Part shown: positions 13,769 through 35,150 of the stretch, piece by piece
How positions within the stretch are numbered: position 1 is the stretch's first letter
Layout: every line of letters starts with the position of its first letter
Assembly: GCA_964016885.1 (NCBI GenBank)
Contig: OZ024744.1
Location: 52,390,001 to 52,454,000, forward strand
Source: Eledone cirrhosa
Taxonomy: Eukaryota
Direction: 5' to 3'
DNA: 64,000 nt
The notes under the pieces: model-generated
What the model was told of the DNA's origin: nothing
Seen by the model: the letters and a program-made list of their open reading frames with translations, nothing else
Database searches by the model: none
Translations under genes and position numbers: made by a program

Positions 13769-14250
13769 CTTCTTCTTCTTCTTCTTCTTCTTCTTCTTCT
13801 TCTTCTTCTTCTTCTTCTTCTTCTTCTTCTTCTTGGGAAGGTCGCGGGAGCAGATTTTTCTAGCACCCCGTCTAGTCTCAAATTGATGCGGCTGGATCCC
13901 TAAGTGACACCAGCCACGCTCATGGATGTCATCCGACCATCTTATTCAGAGTCTACCCCCGGGTCTGCTACTGGTTGGTTTTTCCTGTAAAATCTGTCCA
14001 GTAATTGTTTCCTGAGACATTATAACCACATGCCGATTGTACCAGAGCTGTGAACTCTTACTTCGGAGAAGTAGTGGCTCTACCTAGAGGGACTCTCTCA
14101 TCTCCGAGCTACGCATCTTTTCGCGTAATGTTACTCCAAAGATCCTTCGGAGGAATACCATTTCGGTCGCTTGTATTCGCGATTGTATTTTTTCAGTCAT
14201 TACTCAAGATTCATGACCATAGGTAAGGGAGAAACCTTATATAGATTGAA
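13769..14250 (-). mobile_element. RTE (Expander/Rex3-like) LINE 3' fragment with (GAA)n tail
   Basis: Manual translation LTYGHES*VMTEKIQSRIQATEMVFLRRIFGVTLREKMRSSEMRESL*VEPLLLR...RPRGR..RWSD. The (CTT)n at 13769-13835 is the tail. Confidence 0.85.
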
Positions 14251-14474
14251 TACATCATAATTCCCTATGAATAGGCACGTTGTATAGTGGTTAGGTTGTT
14301 AAATCAAGATTATAAAACCATCTATTTGGTGCGTCATGTTCTTGAGTCAAATACTTTATTTCATGTTGCTTCTTCTGCCTTATATTGTAACTGGCAGATA
14401 ACAACACCGAAAACTAAATGTATTTGTTGTGTAGCAAAGCGATATACAAATCAGTGGAGATATTCGTATGATAT

Positions 14475-14657
14475 AATTGTTTCTACGTTAGGCACAAGGC
14501 CAGCAATTACCCAGTGTATTACTGGTACTTTATGTTATCGACCCCGTAAGGATGAAAGGCAAAGTTAACCTCGGCGGGATTTGAACTCAGAATAGCAAGG
14601 GCCGTAACTCTATGCGTCAAAGCATGGCGTCCGACCCTCTACCGATACTGCCAATCC
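14475..14657 (-). mobile_element. SINE, same family as 13544-13726
   Basis: Reverse-complement match over its full length. Confidence 0.88.
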
Positions 14658-15539
14658 GGACTTGAAACAATATGGCCTGGGTGAGTGTGGACTGTGTATT
14701 GGAAAATATAGGCTTAGTGGTTTTCTTAGTTTTGTCAGAACATCAAGTGTCAACAAATAGATTGCTCAACTTTCCAAACTGTTGAAATACTTTCTTCATT
14801 TGGGACAATAGGGGTGAGGTCACATAACTAGGAGATGGGCGCACACATTATTGAACAAGACAAGAGCACTGAATATCCAGGCACCGGCTGGAATTTACTG
14901 CCAATCAGTATATTCTTAATGATATCACCCGATATTTTGAGGTACCCTTTCCTTAAATCATCTACATTCATTACAAGACTTACATCTGATTAGATTTTTG
15001 CTAAAAAAAAACAACCAAAAAAAAACCCTAACTTTTTACGTAATTTTTCCTTTTCAATTTAAATATTTCCTCAATTCTACTGGAATTTTCCCTTACAGCA
15101 AGAACAAAATATAAAGATTGTTTTATTTTTATTTTATCTGGTCCGGTTGAATTTATTCTTTCAGAGATTTCTCTGATTATCTACTTTCAACGTCCAACAT
15201 TTTTATAAACAATCTCCATACATCTCGTGTCGTTTCTTTGTCACAGCTAGCTTGTTCTATAATGTCATTAGCTACTTCCTGCTTAGAAAGACTTTCTTCT
15301 TTTTTGATAGACTGTAGTGTCATAAAAAAAAAAAAAAAATGACAGTAAGTTTTTATTTGACACATCCGTCACCAGGGTATCTTTAAATAACATTGGACTC
15401 CGACACTCAAATAATCGGTCAATGTTACTCTGCCCCTCAAAAATGTAGAGAAAGAAACTCCTTGCAGAAATCCTAGTAAAATTACAATGCAGGGAACTAT
15501 TTGTTTCTATTCATCAGTAAACACTTGAAATTCTGACCC

Positions 15540-15584
<45 letters not shown>

Positions 15585-15667
15585 CTGATGGATATATATA
15601 TATATATATATATCCATCACCAATTTAAAAAAAACTTATCACACACAGGCGTACGCACGCACACACG

Positions 15668-15754
<87 letters not shown>

Positions 15755-15913
15755 TGGTAAAAGCTTATCTGAATGTTCTCTGTTAAATACATCATAGGAA
15801 CCATCATGTCACCCCACGTACTTGACCATTACTTAGTATTACTGTATTACTAAATATTCTCTTTTTAATCTCTTTCTTTTCACCTTCTACAGTACGGTCT
15901 ATTATGTTAACAA

Positions 15914-16135
15914 GGCGGGGGGATGGTAGTTTCGGTAGATCGCCGGACAAAATTCTTTGTGGTATATAGTTACGACCCTCTGCGATCTGAGTTCAAATAA
16001 AGTCGATGTTATCTTACCCTTTTATCCTTACGGAGTTGATAAAATAAAGTACCAGTAAGACACTGGAGTCCATTTAATCGATTGCCCCCCGCTCCCAGAA
16101 TTGTTGGGTTTGTGTCTAAATCATAAAACATTACA
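15914..16135 (+). mobile_element. SINE, diverged variant of the same family
   Basis: Contains ctgagttcaaat and tttatccttacggagttgataaaataaagtaccagt. Confidence 0.75.
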
Positions 16136-16173
16136 TTAACTTGTTCATTTATATTCTGTTGCTGAATAAATTA

Positions 16174-16331
16174 CCGTATTTCCCGGCGCCAAAGGCGCTT
16201 CGTCCTCGAGGACGCACCCAAATTTTAACAACCAAAAATGAAAAAAAAAAAATGAAAAATGTAACCTTCGGCCTCCAGTACGCATGGTAGATTTTTGAGA
16301 CTTATTTTAGAAAATACACCGGGAAATACGG
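16174..16331. mobile_element. MITE, Tc1/mariner-pogo type
   Basis: 13 bp TIRs ccgtatttcccgg / ccgggaaatacgg, flanked by TA on both sides; no ORF. Confidence 0.85.
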
Positions 16332-16467
16332 TACTTTTGTTATAAACACAATCTTCCTACTTACTGCAATAAGGATGGACGTACCATCATCGAGCATAGA
16401 ACCCGCGAGTTAGACTCACACTTTTAACGTATATATGTATATATATATATATATATATATACAGACA

Positions 16468-16563
<96 letters not shown>

Positions 16564-16720
16564 CTCTTTTACTCTTTTACCTGTGCCAGCCATCCGGCTG
16601 AGCCCATGCTGGGGCATATATATATATGTATGTATGCATGTAAAACAGAAATAACAACACAATCGGTACAGTATATGGAAGGAATATATTAAATTGACGC
16701 TTGAAATAGCAGGAAGATGG

Positions 16721-16756
16721 TCTTAACGTTTCGGACGCTAGTCCTTCATCAGAAGA
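16721..16756 (-). ncRNA. Minimal type I hammerhead ribozyme (Neptune-associated family), within module 16640-16790
   Basis: RNA reads UCUU-CUGAUGA-A-GGAC(UAGC)GUCC-GAAAC-GUU-AAGA. Stem I is UCUU/AAGA and stem III is the palindrome ACGU with no loop. Confidence 0.8.
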
Positions 16757-17063
16757 AAGAATGAAAAAGTAGATAGATTGAAGGGGTGTGGGTGCGTATG
16801 TGTGCGTGTGTGTGTCGGAAGCTCATTAGGCAGGTGTTGGTGCCAGTTTCCTCTGTGTTAAGTGACAGCGACTTCAAGACTTCCCCCTGGACAAGACCAT
16901 ACTCCATCGTAGGATGAACCCCATCAGCTACTATTGGTATTCATCTTTAGCAACGTAAAATGAAATGTTTTTCTCAAGAGTTTAACACAGAAACTGATCC
17001 CAGAATCGAACCCATCACATTATGATTGTTTAACCATTAGGTCACAGCCCTTAATACGCATAA

Positions 17064-17893
<830 letters not shown>

Positions 17894-17913
17894 GTGTGTG
17901 TGTGTGTATGTGT

Positions 17914-17956
<43 letters not shown>

Positions 17957-18328
17957 GTTTGTATATGCCCTATAACTAAGAAGTTCGACAAATATAAATC
18001 TATGAAAGAAATAGCACACTTATAAATAAGTACTGGTGTTGATGTAGTCGACTCAATCCCTTCAAATGATTGAAACGCCAGCTAAAATGTGCATAAGAAA
18101 AACGAATACTATGAGAAGTTTACATTATCTTTTCTGTTTATGAACGGTAGGGTGTCACTAGAGGCACGTTTGGCTGCTATTTTTAGCAAGTAGAGCTTCC
18201 ATGGTTAACATGCTATTCATTGTCTAAATATTGTTATTGTTGTTATATAGAACAAGGTCAAGAAATTTAACCAAACGCATTCACCCATGACCAACCCGTT
18301 TTTCTTATGTCAAGGAACATAGAACCTT

Positions 18329-18500
18329 ACGGTAGAGGCTCTGACGCCATGCTTTGCAGCAAAGAGTTACGGCCCTTTATGGTCTGAGTTCAAATCCCGC
18401 CGAGGTTAACTTTGTGTTTCATCCTTACGGAGTCGATAAAATAAAGTACCAGTAATGCACTGGGATAATTGCTGGCCTTGTGCCAAACGTAGAAACACTT
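18329..18500 (+). mobile_element. SINE, same family as 13544-13726
   Basis: Sequence match, including B-box-like gagttcaaatccc and the gtcgataaaataaagtaccag core. Confidence 0.85.
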
Positions 18501-19319
18501 ATACACCAAAGATGTTCCGAGGGTAATATAGTTATCTCTGGTAGGCAGAGTCACCATCCAGAAGTTCCCTCGTTGTTTGGGTTTATTCTTATTAGTTCGA
18601 AATGGTGGCTATTTTTTCAATGTCTCTACCATCTTTCTTCATAAGAAGTTTCACTTCCGATTCTTTTATTAACTGCTTTCTTCGAAAACGCGATATAATG
18701 ACGGTGTCATTATACCATATATCTTTCGGTGTGTGGTACGGTTTTGTCTTTGTATTTCAACATTATTGTGTCGATAAATAAAGTACTAGCCTTTCTCTCT
18801 ATCTCTAGCACTCACTTAATCCGTTTATCTCCTTCCTCTTCTCCCCTTCTTTCTCTCCGTCTCTATTTATTCTCTGAATTGTTCTTGAAATTGAAATGTT
18901 CAGCAATCGTGGGTAACGACGAAATCCATCATCGTGTATGGCAGTAATGTACACATTTTACGACTTAATGAGTAAAGACGTTGTGCAACTATTTGTTAAA
19001 GTTTATGAAATATTCTTCAGTCATTTCAATGTGGATGAAGTATATATGAACCCATAACAGCTAATTGTGTCATAAGGGTACCGCCATGATATATGGCATA
19101 ATTTGGGCATTTGAAACCTGAGGGGACCTATCCCTTTCCATGTCTGAACACAGTTGATTTCTTCTTCTTCTTCGATCGATCGATCGATCGATCGATCGAG
19201 AGAATGAGAGAGAGAGAGAGAGAGAGAGAGAAAGTTTGAAAGGGAGGATGAGTGAGAAAGAAAGTGAGGAGGGGAAAAGAGAGAGAGAGAGAAGAAAAAT
19301 CGACTCCAGTAAAGAACTG

Positions 19320-19456
19320 GCTATTTTTTCATCGACATCGAAACGATGAAAAACAAAGTTGATCCCGGCGGAATTTGAACACAAAACTCAGAGTGCCGGG
19401 ACGAATACCACAAGCATTTTATCCGACGTTTTAACAACTCTGCCAATTCACCGCCA
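19320..19456 (-). mobile_element. SINE head, related family
   Basis: Reverse complement reads ggcggtgaattggcagagttgtta...gttcaaattccgccgggatcaactttg. Confidence 0.7.
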
Positions 19457-20189
19457 AGATGAAATAAATAACATATATGATTAGTGTTGTCGCAAATGTT
19501 AGTATTGGTATGTGGTGAGAGAAAGAGAAGAAAGGGAAGACAGGACCAGGTGGATGATATGACTTTTGAAAAAATGTCAATACTGTGTTGTTAAGGTGGT
19601 TTGTTTGTAGGTGCGTTTTATTTTTACGAGCTGGAACCGGTAGAACAAGCTGTGAGAGACGAAATGATTTTGTGGTGACACAGGATTAGAGTTTACAGCA
19701 ACTCTCATAATAAAATGTAGCGCTAACTGAAGCACATATAAGAGACAGTCTGTCCAATGGTACAGTCAGGTTCTTAGAAAGAGATTTCTCAGTTACCTTC
19801 AAACGATGTCCTTCATTTGCTTTTTTAACATTCATTCCTCTGCGCGCTCACACACATACGTACATCTCTAGCTCAGTCATCCTCTCTTTCGCCCTCTCTT
19901 GCTCTCTGTCTCTTTCTCTCTCTCTTTCTGTCTGGTTGTCTCTCTTCCTCAGATTGCAACCTTTACTCCATGGTTTTAAATTACTGTATTTTTTACTAAC
20001 TGTATTCTCTTGCCTTGGTTTAAAAGATATGTAAGCTGGTGGAAAAAATATTTACAATGCAGTTTCGATTCTCAGTGATCCATTTTAATTCAAATTTTTT
20101 TTTATCTGCCTCTCTCTAGTATATTATTAACTGTGTCTGTAACTGCTTTGGCATACAGTTCGCGGGTTTAGTAGGATTCCTCTGAGGTT

Positions 20190-20900
20190 GCATCCACAGC
20201 CTAAGCTTCAAGAGGCAAGTCCTCCCTCATATGGGGATAATTCTATAACACCTTCTGATAGTCTAGCCGGGACTTGTGATTATTCATACTCCGTTATTTC
20301 TGGCACCACACCAAATCTACAATGCCAGAGCCACAGAACTTTGTTGACGAAACCCCGACTATATCTAACTGGTTACATCTGGTGTCCTCCACTAATTCCT
20401 GCTACATTCCAAATGTTGTAACGTTTCAAATGCCAATGTTAATGCTTTCTCACTTCTGAGCCCTCTTTGAGGTCTTGGGTTACATAACATCTGTGTGTCC
20501 ATCATACACCTCATGGAACAGGTCGCAGGCCCATCACCTGTCTCTTTAGAGTTTGATGGAGACTGCAACATATTTTTTGTATCCTTTGTTACCTCGCACG
20601 AAAGACAATGCGGTGTGTACTTCATTTATTGGATCTGACCATACTGCAGTTATTGGTAATCCTACTTGCGTCAGTCACAAATTTGCTAGTTTCCTCAGAC
20701 CCGCGAAGACTAAGCTTTTTTTTTATTGAGGCGGCTTTTACACGCCTCGTCGTAACTATCTCGTTGGGTTGCGAGAGCTTTTCTGAGAGCTAACAACGTC
20801 ACGTTTGCTTCCATCTTTCCTAGTAGCTTCCCGCTGTTTTGTCCGGGGATGCTTATGCAACTATCCATCATATCTGGTGGCCGTATCACTATACGCCACC
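20190..20900 (-). mobile_element. RTE (Expander/Rex3-like) 5' UTR and decayed APE start
   Basis: Manual translation INIGI*NVTT...QLDIVGVSSTKFCGSGIVDL...GRTCLLKLRL matches the RTE APE N-terminal pattern (GTWNV, LDIVG). Confidence 0.65.
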
Positions 20901-21779
20901 CGCGACACGTTCTCTTTCGAGAAATATATATATCACAGGTTATGTGGTTCGTCTCATGTAAAGTGGTGAGTTCGATTCCGGGCGGCGCGTTATCATTGTG
21001 CAACATACCTTATGCCACGTGTCTCCTCTTAGCTGGTAAAATGCCTTACCATACACTGCGTCACACTCAATATTCCGGAAAACTATGTTATGGAGGTAAG
21101 TAACTGTTCTGTTTATCGAACCGAAGGAAGTTCAACATACACACACGCTATATGTGTGTATAAAACACTTGAAATATGTGCGTACCAACGCAATCAACCA
21201 GCATTCTAGAGACATGGAAGTCGGATAAAGATACCCTTAAGGATGGAAAATATTGGCCGCTGGCAACTATTTTAGGTCCTTACCGTATGAGTTTCTCATT
21301 TTTCTATGAACATCATAATCCATTAAGGCTTCATTTCGATAATTTGCTAAACACCGACTGTTTGTTTAAAAATACATTTATTTTTCTCTGCTCATTTGTG
21401 TTCCTATTGTTTCTTAAGCATTCATCAATTGTTTCATTGGGATATCCACATGTAGATCATGGAGAAAATAATGGTAGAAATCCTTCTACCTTTGATTTGG
21501 TAGATAAGTTAAGTCGGGAATAATGTAGGTTTCACTGGTTGATCTCTTGTCTGTCTTCTCCTATTGAGATGGGTCGTTCAAAGATGGTTGAAAGATGATT
21601 TTAATATTCAGGACGACCATGAATTTATGTACAGTTCACTTGTTGACACTTTAATAATCTATTTCTCTTCCTCTTAAAAGTTGTACACTATATATTTAAC
21701 ATTTATATATCTGTTTATTGCTTTATTTTTACGGCTTGTGTTGTGCTGTTACCATGAATTATGTATTGTTAGTTTTTTT

Positions 21780-21915
21780 GTTTATTATATTCGATGTAAA
21801 TATCACCATCACTTGTTTTTTTTGTGCGTAAGTGTATGTCTTTTGTCTTTATAACGTTCGCACCCGCTCCTCCATCTCACCCTTGTGGTAATAAAAGAAA
21901 ATCCTTATTATTATC
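21780..21915 (+). mobile_element. Tx1-family 3' UTR stub ending in (ATT)n
   Basis: cccttgtggtaataaaagaaaatccttattattat resembles the Tx1 terminus cccttgtggccaataagaaatcattattat. Confidence 0.55.
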
Positions 21916-22109
21916 ACTATTATTACAATTATTATGACGATTATTTCCGACTCATAGCGTCGCTGATATTATCGATGTAATTGTAGCGGCCATATTTATT
22001 TGACTCAAACTTTAGACAAGTTGTCGTCTCATCACTTCACTTAATCCATTGAAAAGATTTTCTTTCAAATCTATTCGGCCTTTCCCTGTTTGTTCTTTCT
22101 TCTGCTTCA

Positions 22110-25493
<3,384 letters not shown>

Positions 25494-25898
25494 AGTAATG
25501 GTTATTGTCGCTGATTTACGAAATATTGTTCTGCCTGTTGCTCTAGTTATTGTTCTTGTTGCATTTATTGTTGAGGTCGTCATAGCTATAATTATCCTCA
25601 TCGTCATCATTGGAGCCATTGTCACCATTGCCGTCATTGCACCTTTGTCGTCTCTGCCGTCGTCGTTGTTGTCATCGTTGTCGTCGCTGTTGTGTATAGC
25701 CAGGTTTCTTTTATTATTATTCACAGTACGTTTTTCTTTTATTGTTTACACGTTTTTGTTATATTTTTTTTTTTTGTGTGTTTCTTTGTTTGTGATATTT
25801 ATCTTTCGGTATTGTTACTTTCATCGCCTTATTTAATCTTCAATGATTTCGTCACCACTATTACTACTGACGTCACAAGTTGTGGCAGTGGAGTGGAG

Positions 25899-25901
<3 letters not shown>

Positions 25902-25942
<41 letters not shown>

Positions 25943-26009
25943 AATGAAGTATTTTTGTCGGAGAGGTACAGGAAAAGAAAGCGTGCTCTATGTAGGCTAC
26001 AGAGCTTAT

Positions 26010-26057
<48 letters not shown>

Positions 26058-26134
26058 CATACGTATATAAATATATATATACATACGTATATATATATAT
26101 ATATACGTATGTATATATATATATATATACATAC

Positions 26135-26175
<41 letters not shown>

Positions 26176-26186
26176 TATATATATAC

Positions 26187-26266
<80 letters not shown>

Positions 26267-26297
26267 GTATGTATATATATATATATATATATATATA
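25902..26297. repeat. (TA)n-rich tracts
   Basis: Direct reading. Similar tracts occur at 27438-27783, 30349-30437, 34123-34471 and 39585-39970. Confidence 0.95.
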
Positions 26298-26366
26298 AGT
26301 GTTTCCCGGGTACAATCGAGGGTAACCACAGTAAGTAAGGTATTCAATATATAGCAGAGTATAAAT

Positions 26367-26492
26367 ATTTCATATAGAAATGGCTTCTACGGGACTGGAA
26401 CTGTTTCGTTCGGGAGAAATCATCAGGGCTGCCTGATGATTTTTCCCGAATGAAACAGTTCTAGTTCTGTAGAAGCCATTTCTATATTAAAT
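26367..26492. repeat. 61 bp-arm hairpin with an HHR-like core on each arm
   Basis: Arms 26367-26427 and 26432-26492. Each reads CUGAUGA-UUU(C/U)UCCCGAA(C/U)-GAAACAGUUC outward from the centre. Confidence 0.8.
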
Positions 26493-26585
26493 GTATATAT
26501 ATATATATACACACACATACACACACATAAGCACGCACACAGGCACAGACACATAGAGACAAACACACACACACACACACACACA

Positions 26586-26649
<64 letters not shown>

Positions 26650-26916
26650 CATACTACTACAGTATTTTGTTTACACGTTACAACTACTTCCCTCATACAT
26701 ATTTGCTTATATAGAATCCCTATTTCGCTCTCTTAAAATAGCAGTAAAAGAGGTATCTTTACCATAGAAGCAACGACAGTGTTGTAATCTTACTTCGCTG
26801 TGAAAAGTATTAAATGTAAACACTTTCAACAATTCCTCTGAAATCGGGACAAAAAACAACATAAGAGATTAAATAACTGGATATATTTTGGAGATTTATA
26901 CCTCATTATCAGAAGG

Positions 26917-27437
26917 TTAACCCAATGACTCGGTATACAGTGGAATACATGTGAAACAAACATATTTTCTGCACCGGCGTTTGATCCAAAGTGCTTCCTT
27001 GATACGTAACGTGCCGACGTTTCTTTCTGTCGCTAGAATTGTGACAATGGGCCTTCCGTCTTTGTTTCCGTATTTGGCTATGTGTTTCCGGAAAGACGAG
27101 GCTTTGGTTTTAGTGTGTTCCTTGATCCGGATGTGCAACGGCCGGATTGTGCTACCTATATAGTATTGGTTGCACTTGTTACATTCTATCTTATACACGA
27201 CGTATGTGCGTAGGCAACAGTTCGCATGGCGCATCGGGCAGTCTCTGTGGGAGCACGCGTCAGTTGATTTCCCGGGTTTCCTGGAGAGGCATCTTCGCAG
27301 GGAGGGGCCCGAGTGGGCCAGGTGGTTATCAAGGCCCTCCCTCCGTATAGCCTTGCGGATAGCGTTGGTGCTATTCTCGCCCAGGTGTGGCATTTTAAGG
27401 AAGCACTTGACTTGGGTGCCTCTCTGTCTCTTGTGTC
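26917..27437 (-). mobile_element. Penelope-like element 3' fragment (GIY-YIG endonuclease)
   Basis: [29 protein letters not shown]...[10 protein letters not shown]; flanked by (TA)n. Confidence 0.88.
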
Positions 27438-27463
27438 TTATATATATATATAATGTTGGGCTG

Positions 27464-27542
<79 letters not shown>

Positions 27543-27543
27543 C

Positions 27544-27654
<111 letters not shown>

Positions 27655-27655
27655 C

Positions 27656-27785
<130 letters not shown>

Positions 27786-28129
27786 TTTTAACATATATAT
27801 ATGTATGTATATATTATATATGCATACATATAATATTCTCTCCCTCTTCTCCCTATTTCCTATAGTTCATTTACCTTTCAGATCCCTTTGCCACACCTAC
27901 ACCTCTCTCCTCCATTTTACCGTCAGTTCGATTTACAACCCGTTTCCTTTTCATTTTGTTTTCTATTGTTTTGGTTTCGTTTTATTTCTGTCCCTTTTTG
28001 TTTTCCTTTTGTCTTGTTGATTGCTCATTCTCTTCATTTTTTGTTGTTGTTTATGTCATTGTTGTTACAGTTCTTTTGTCTTTTATTATATATTTTTGTT
28101 CTATTCTATATTTCTTTTTCATATTTATT

Positions 28130-29870
28130 TATTATTATTATTTTTATTCTAAATATGTTATCGTCATCAGTATTTTTATTATTATAATTTTGGACTTAGA
28201 TCTTATGTTGTCAAAGCTACCATACAGAAATGGGTCATAACAAATGACCAACAGTCCTGTAGTTCACCCTACATACTACATTGGTTGTTCCTAAGATCAT
28301 AGTCTTTTGCAGCCACTCAGTCCAAATTTCGACATTAATCTTTGAGATCCAATGTTGAAGTTCCTTCGTTACCCCTCAAATGCCCCAACAACAGGAATAA
28401 CTTCCACTCTGTTCAAGTCTACATTATTTCCATTTTAATTAGCTGATATATATCTTCCTTTTTCTCTTCCTTCTCAACAATCTTCTCACCTCCCGGCACT
28501 GTTATGTCAATCAAGAGACAGTGTTTACTTCATCTACCTGTAACAGGTTATCTTGCTGTGATCTTCTCATCACATATTCCATTCAAAACATGTTTTTCGA
28601 TATTTTTATATATACCACCTTAGTTCATTTTCCTCACTTTAATACAATAATTGAGTCTTGGTATATACAGTCTATCTACATCAGATTAAATGCGCCATAC
28701 AATGTTATTTTCTGTTTGGTTTCTCTGTCCAATTATTTGACCCCGTCCTGTGTCCATTCCCCATATCACAAAACTGTGTTTATTGCAGTGATCTTTCAAT
28801 TTCAACTCTATCAGCGGCGCCAATCTTCTTTAGTTTCTCGCTTGTGAATACTTCCTTCATTTCGACCTCCTTTATTTTGACCGTCTCCAAAATATCAAGC
28901 TACTTGTATCCATACACCTCAATTTCCTTCATCACATGTTCATTAGAGAGCTATAGCCCCACAGTTGCCATTACCTTCCTTCTTTGCATCACCACATCAA
29001 TACACTACACTTCTTGGTGTTAAACTCCGTACATATGTCAGATACATTGTAGAGATACATTGTATTCACCCAATGAATACATGTCATCCTGGTTCTTGCC
29101 AAATAGCTTTGATACACTATTCATATCTAATACCAATTTTTCTCATCAATAGTGACAGTGATATCATACATAATACAAAAGAAGTGGTGAAAGGCTATCA
29201 CCTTGGAAAATACCTCTTCATATATTCACCTACCCCAACACTGTCCTTGTGGAGCTTTCTTGATTTCTCTATATCACTATATTTCCGTTTATAAATTCGG
29301 TTACATTCTCAGCAATTCCAAATATTTTCATACACTCCAATAACCAACTGAGAGAAAGAAGATCAAAACGTTTCCTATAAACCAGCCCACACCATGGTCA
29401 AGTTTTTATGTTTTCCCAAACAATACCATAACATTGCATTATCTATCAACAACATGTCTTTCGAGCCCCTGCTCCTATCTCTACATCCCTCATCTGGAAA
29501 TATGTGTTCAGTGCCCATAAATGTGAACATGCTTTAAGCTATAATGCCTGTCATTAATTTCCAAATAAGTGGTTGATATGAGATCAACCGAAAGTTGTCC
29601 ACAACATTCCCTTTGGTCAGGTCCATCAAACACAAGACAGTCTCTCATAAGTCATACAAATTTGTATTCGTTTTACACTATTTAAGATATTGTGTTCAAC
29701 TGATATTTTACTATGAAGAGATATAAATGTTTTTAAGTAAATCCCTTGGACACTATCTGGCCCAGCACCCTACCAATTTAGTACTTTGAGACACTGAACG
29801 GTTTCAATTTATTTTGTAATCACAAGTCGGTCTTGTAGCGTGCATTGTCTCATTCTTTTTCGTATCTGGC
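28130..29870 (-). mobile_element. Old R4/Dong-like RT-REL element, decayed
   Basis: Manual translation gives [17 protein letters not shown] near 29560-29600 and VIPVVGAF..VTKELQHWISKI..WLQKTMILGTT near 28280-28400. An (AAT)-rich tail lies at 28127-28190. Confidence 0.75.
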
Positions 29871-30354
29871 AATCTGAATTGTAGGCACAACTTAATTTTG
29901 TCTAGTTGAGTGGATTTGAGCCACATGACAAAAAATACGTCGCTCAATGTTACAATAAACCGTCAAGAATCGAACTCGTACTACTAAATGATATCCCTCT
30001 ACAGGCTTTTTAATATATAGCCGACAAAATACATAGTTCCCAACCAGAGAGGCTGATACCGCCGTAGACAATTCATTCATATTTAACATTGCTGTATTGG
30101 GCATGCAAAATGTCATTTACATCTGCAGTTTGTGCTGATGCGTTCTGAAGCCTACAGGACTACCCCTCAAAGCTCTGTTGGCAGATAGGAGGGGTACTAG
30201 GCTTATACGAAACAGAGCTCTGTCAGCTTTATCTCCTCTGTTTGCTGAAAATTTAAAGTAAGTGAGACTGTCACTACTCTAAAACAACAGCGTAAGGTCT
30301 TCGAAATGCTTTTAATTAAGCATACAGTGTATTGCAAAATACACTATATATACA

Positions 30355-30440
<86 letters not shown>

Positions 30441-30604
30441 GTTATGCAAGAAATGCTTAGGATTATCCTGAATGCAGTAATGGTTAATTACTACACTAGA
30501 TGGAGTTGACGTACGGTGAGGTGTTACTCAACGAGTTATGGAAGAATAGTTGAAGAAACTCAGTTTCTGATCCTTCTGTATTCCGGAGTGTAGATAAAAA
30601 TGAA

Positions 30605-33804
<3,200 letters not shown>

Positions 33805-33895
33805 TATATATATATATATATATATATATATGGAAAAAATGAAATTTCATTTCTGACTCTTAGTACGGCTGATACTTAAGTATAAGTATGTATAC

Positions 33896-33940
<45 letters not shown>

Positions 33941-33981
33941 CGAAATATAAGTCAATTGCATGAACTTATAATCCTTTATTT

Positions 33982-34037
33982 ACTGCTATATATATTTCGA
34001 TGATAGCCATTGAATGGCTATGACCTCATCAGGCAGT
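33982..34037 (-). ncRNA. Type I hammerhead ribozyme in a ~160 bp insert between microsatellites
   Basis: ACUGC-CUGAUGA-GGUCAUAGCCAU(UCA)AUGGCUAUCAUC-GAAA-UAUAUA-UA^GCAGU, then A-AAUAAA. Confidence 0.88.
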
Positions 34038-34098
34038 TAGTCAGTTCTTAGATATGCCACCTCTGTGTGTATAGGGTTGATGGTATCAGAGCCTTGGG

Positions 34099-34190
<92 letters not shown>

Positions 34191-34296
34191 CGACTTATAA
34201 ATATATATATATATATATATAAATGGAATAAATGAAATTTAATTTCTCACTCTTAGTACGGCTGCTACTTAAATATAAGTATATATATATATATAT

Positions 34297-34473
<177 letters not shown>

Positions 34474-34737
34474 AACGGAAAAAATGAAACGAAATTTCAT
34501 TTCACACTCTTAGTACGGCTGTTACTTAAATATAAGTATGTATACATACATATATGTATACAGACGTACAGTAGTATGTATATATATATATACATACATG
34601 CACACATATATATATGTACGTATGGATTCACCGAACATTTATTATAATGCTCGGTGTGTTCGTAAACAAACATCCCGAATTAAGCCGTACAGTGTCTAGC
34701 AAACATCGTTGCTCATTTGTTCAACACTGACAAAGGA

Positions 34738-34780
34738 ACGCTGTACTAGTTTCAAGCTTATTAGCTATCGTCAGCAACGT
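34738..34780 (-). ncRNA. Type I hammerhead ribozyme, homolog of 17509-17551
   Basis: ACGUUG-CUGACGA-U-AGCU(AAUA)AGCU-U-GAAA-CUAG-UA^CAGCGU. Confidence 0.88.
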
Positions 34781-35150
34781 ATACCTTCCTGCCAGATGGT
34801 TGAACGTCTGAAAGTATATACTTCCTTTATGCATATTAACGGCTGAGCAGCTTAATTTGCATATCGAGTGAGTTAATCGGCTGGGGTACCGAAAAAGATA
34901 AACGGAAAAAATGAAACGAAATTTCATTTCTCACTCTTAGTACGGCTGTTACTTAAATATAAGCATGTATACGTACATACAAATATGTATACAGACGTAC
35001 AGTAGTATGTATATATATATATACATACATGCACACATATATATATATGTACGTATGGATTCACTGAACATTTATTATAATGCTCGGTGTGTTTGTAAAC
35101 AAACATCCCGAATTAAGCCGTACAGTGTCTAGCAACCATCGTTGCCCATT

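Noticed and set aside
14870-15370. Possible host exon (MTLQSIKKEESLSKQEVAND...)
   Set aside because: Stops follow immediately, and no recognisable domain or splice pattern is seen; more likely decayed TE.
26875-26915. HHR downstream of the GIY-YIG fragment (ctgataatgagg...ctccaaaatatatc, - strand)
   Set aside because: Both core strands are mutated. The position fits a PLE 3' HHR, but it cannot be supported.
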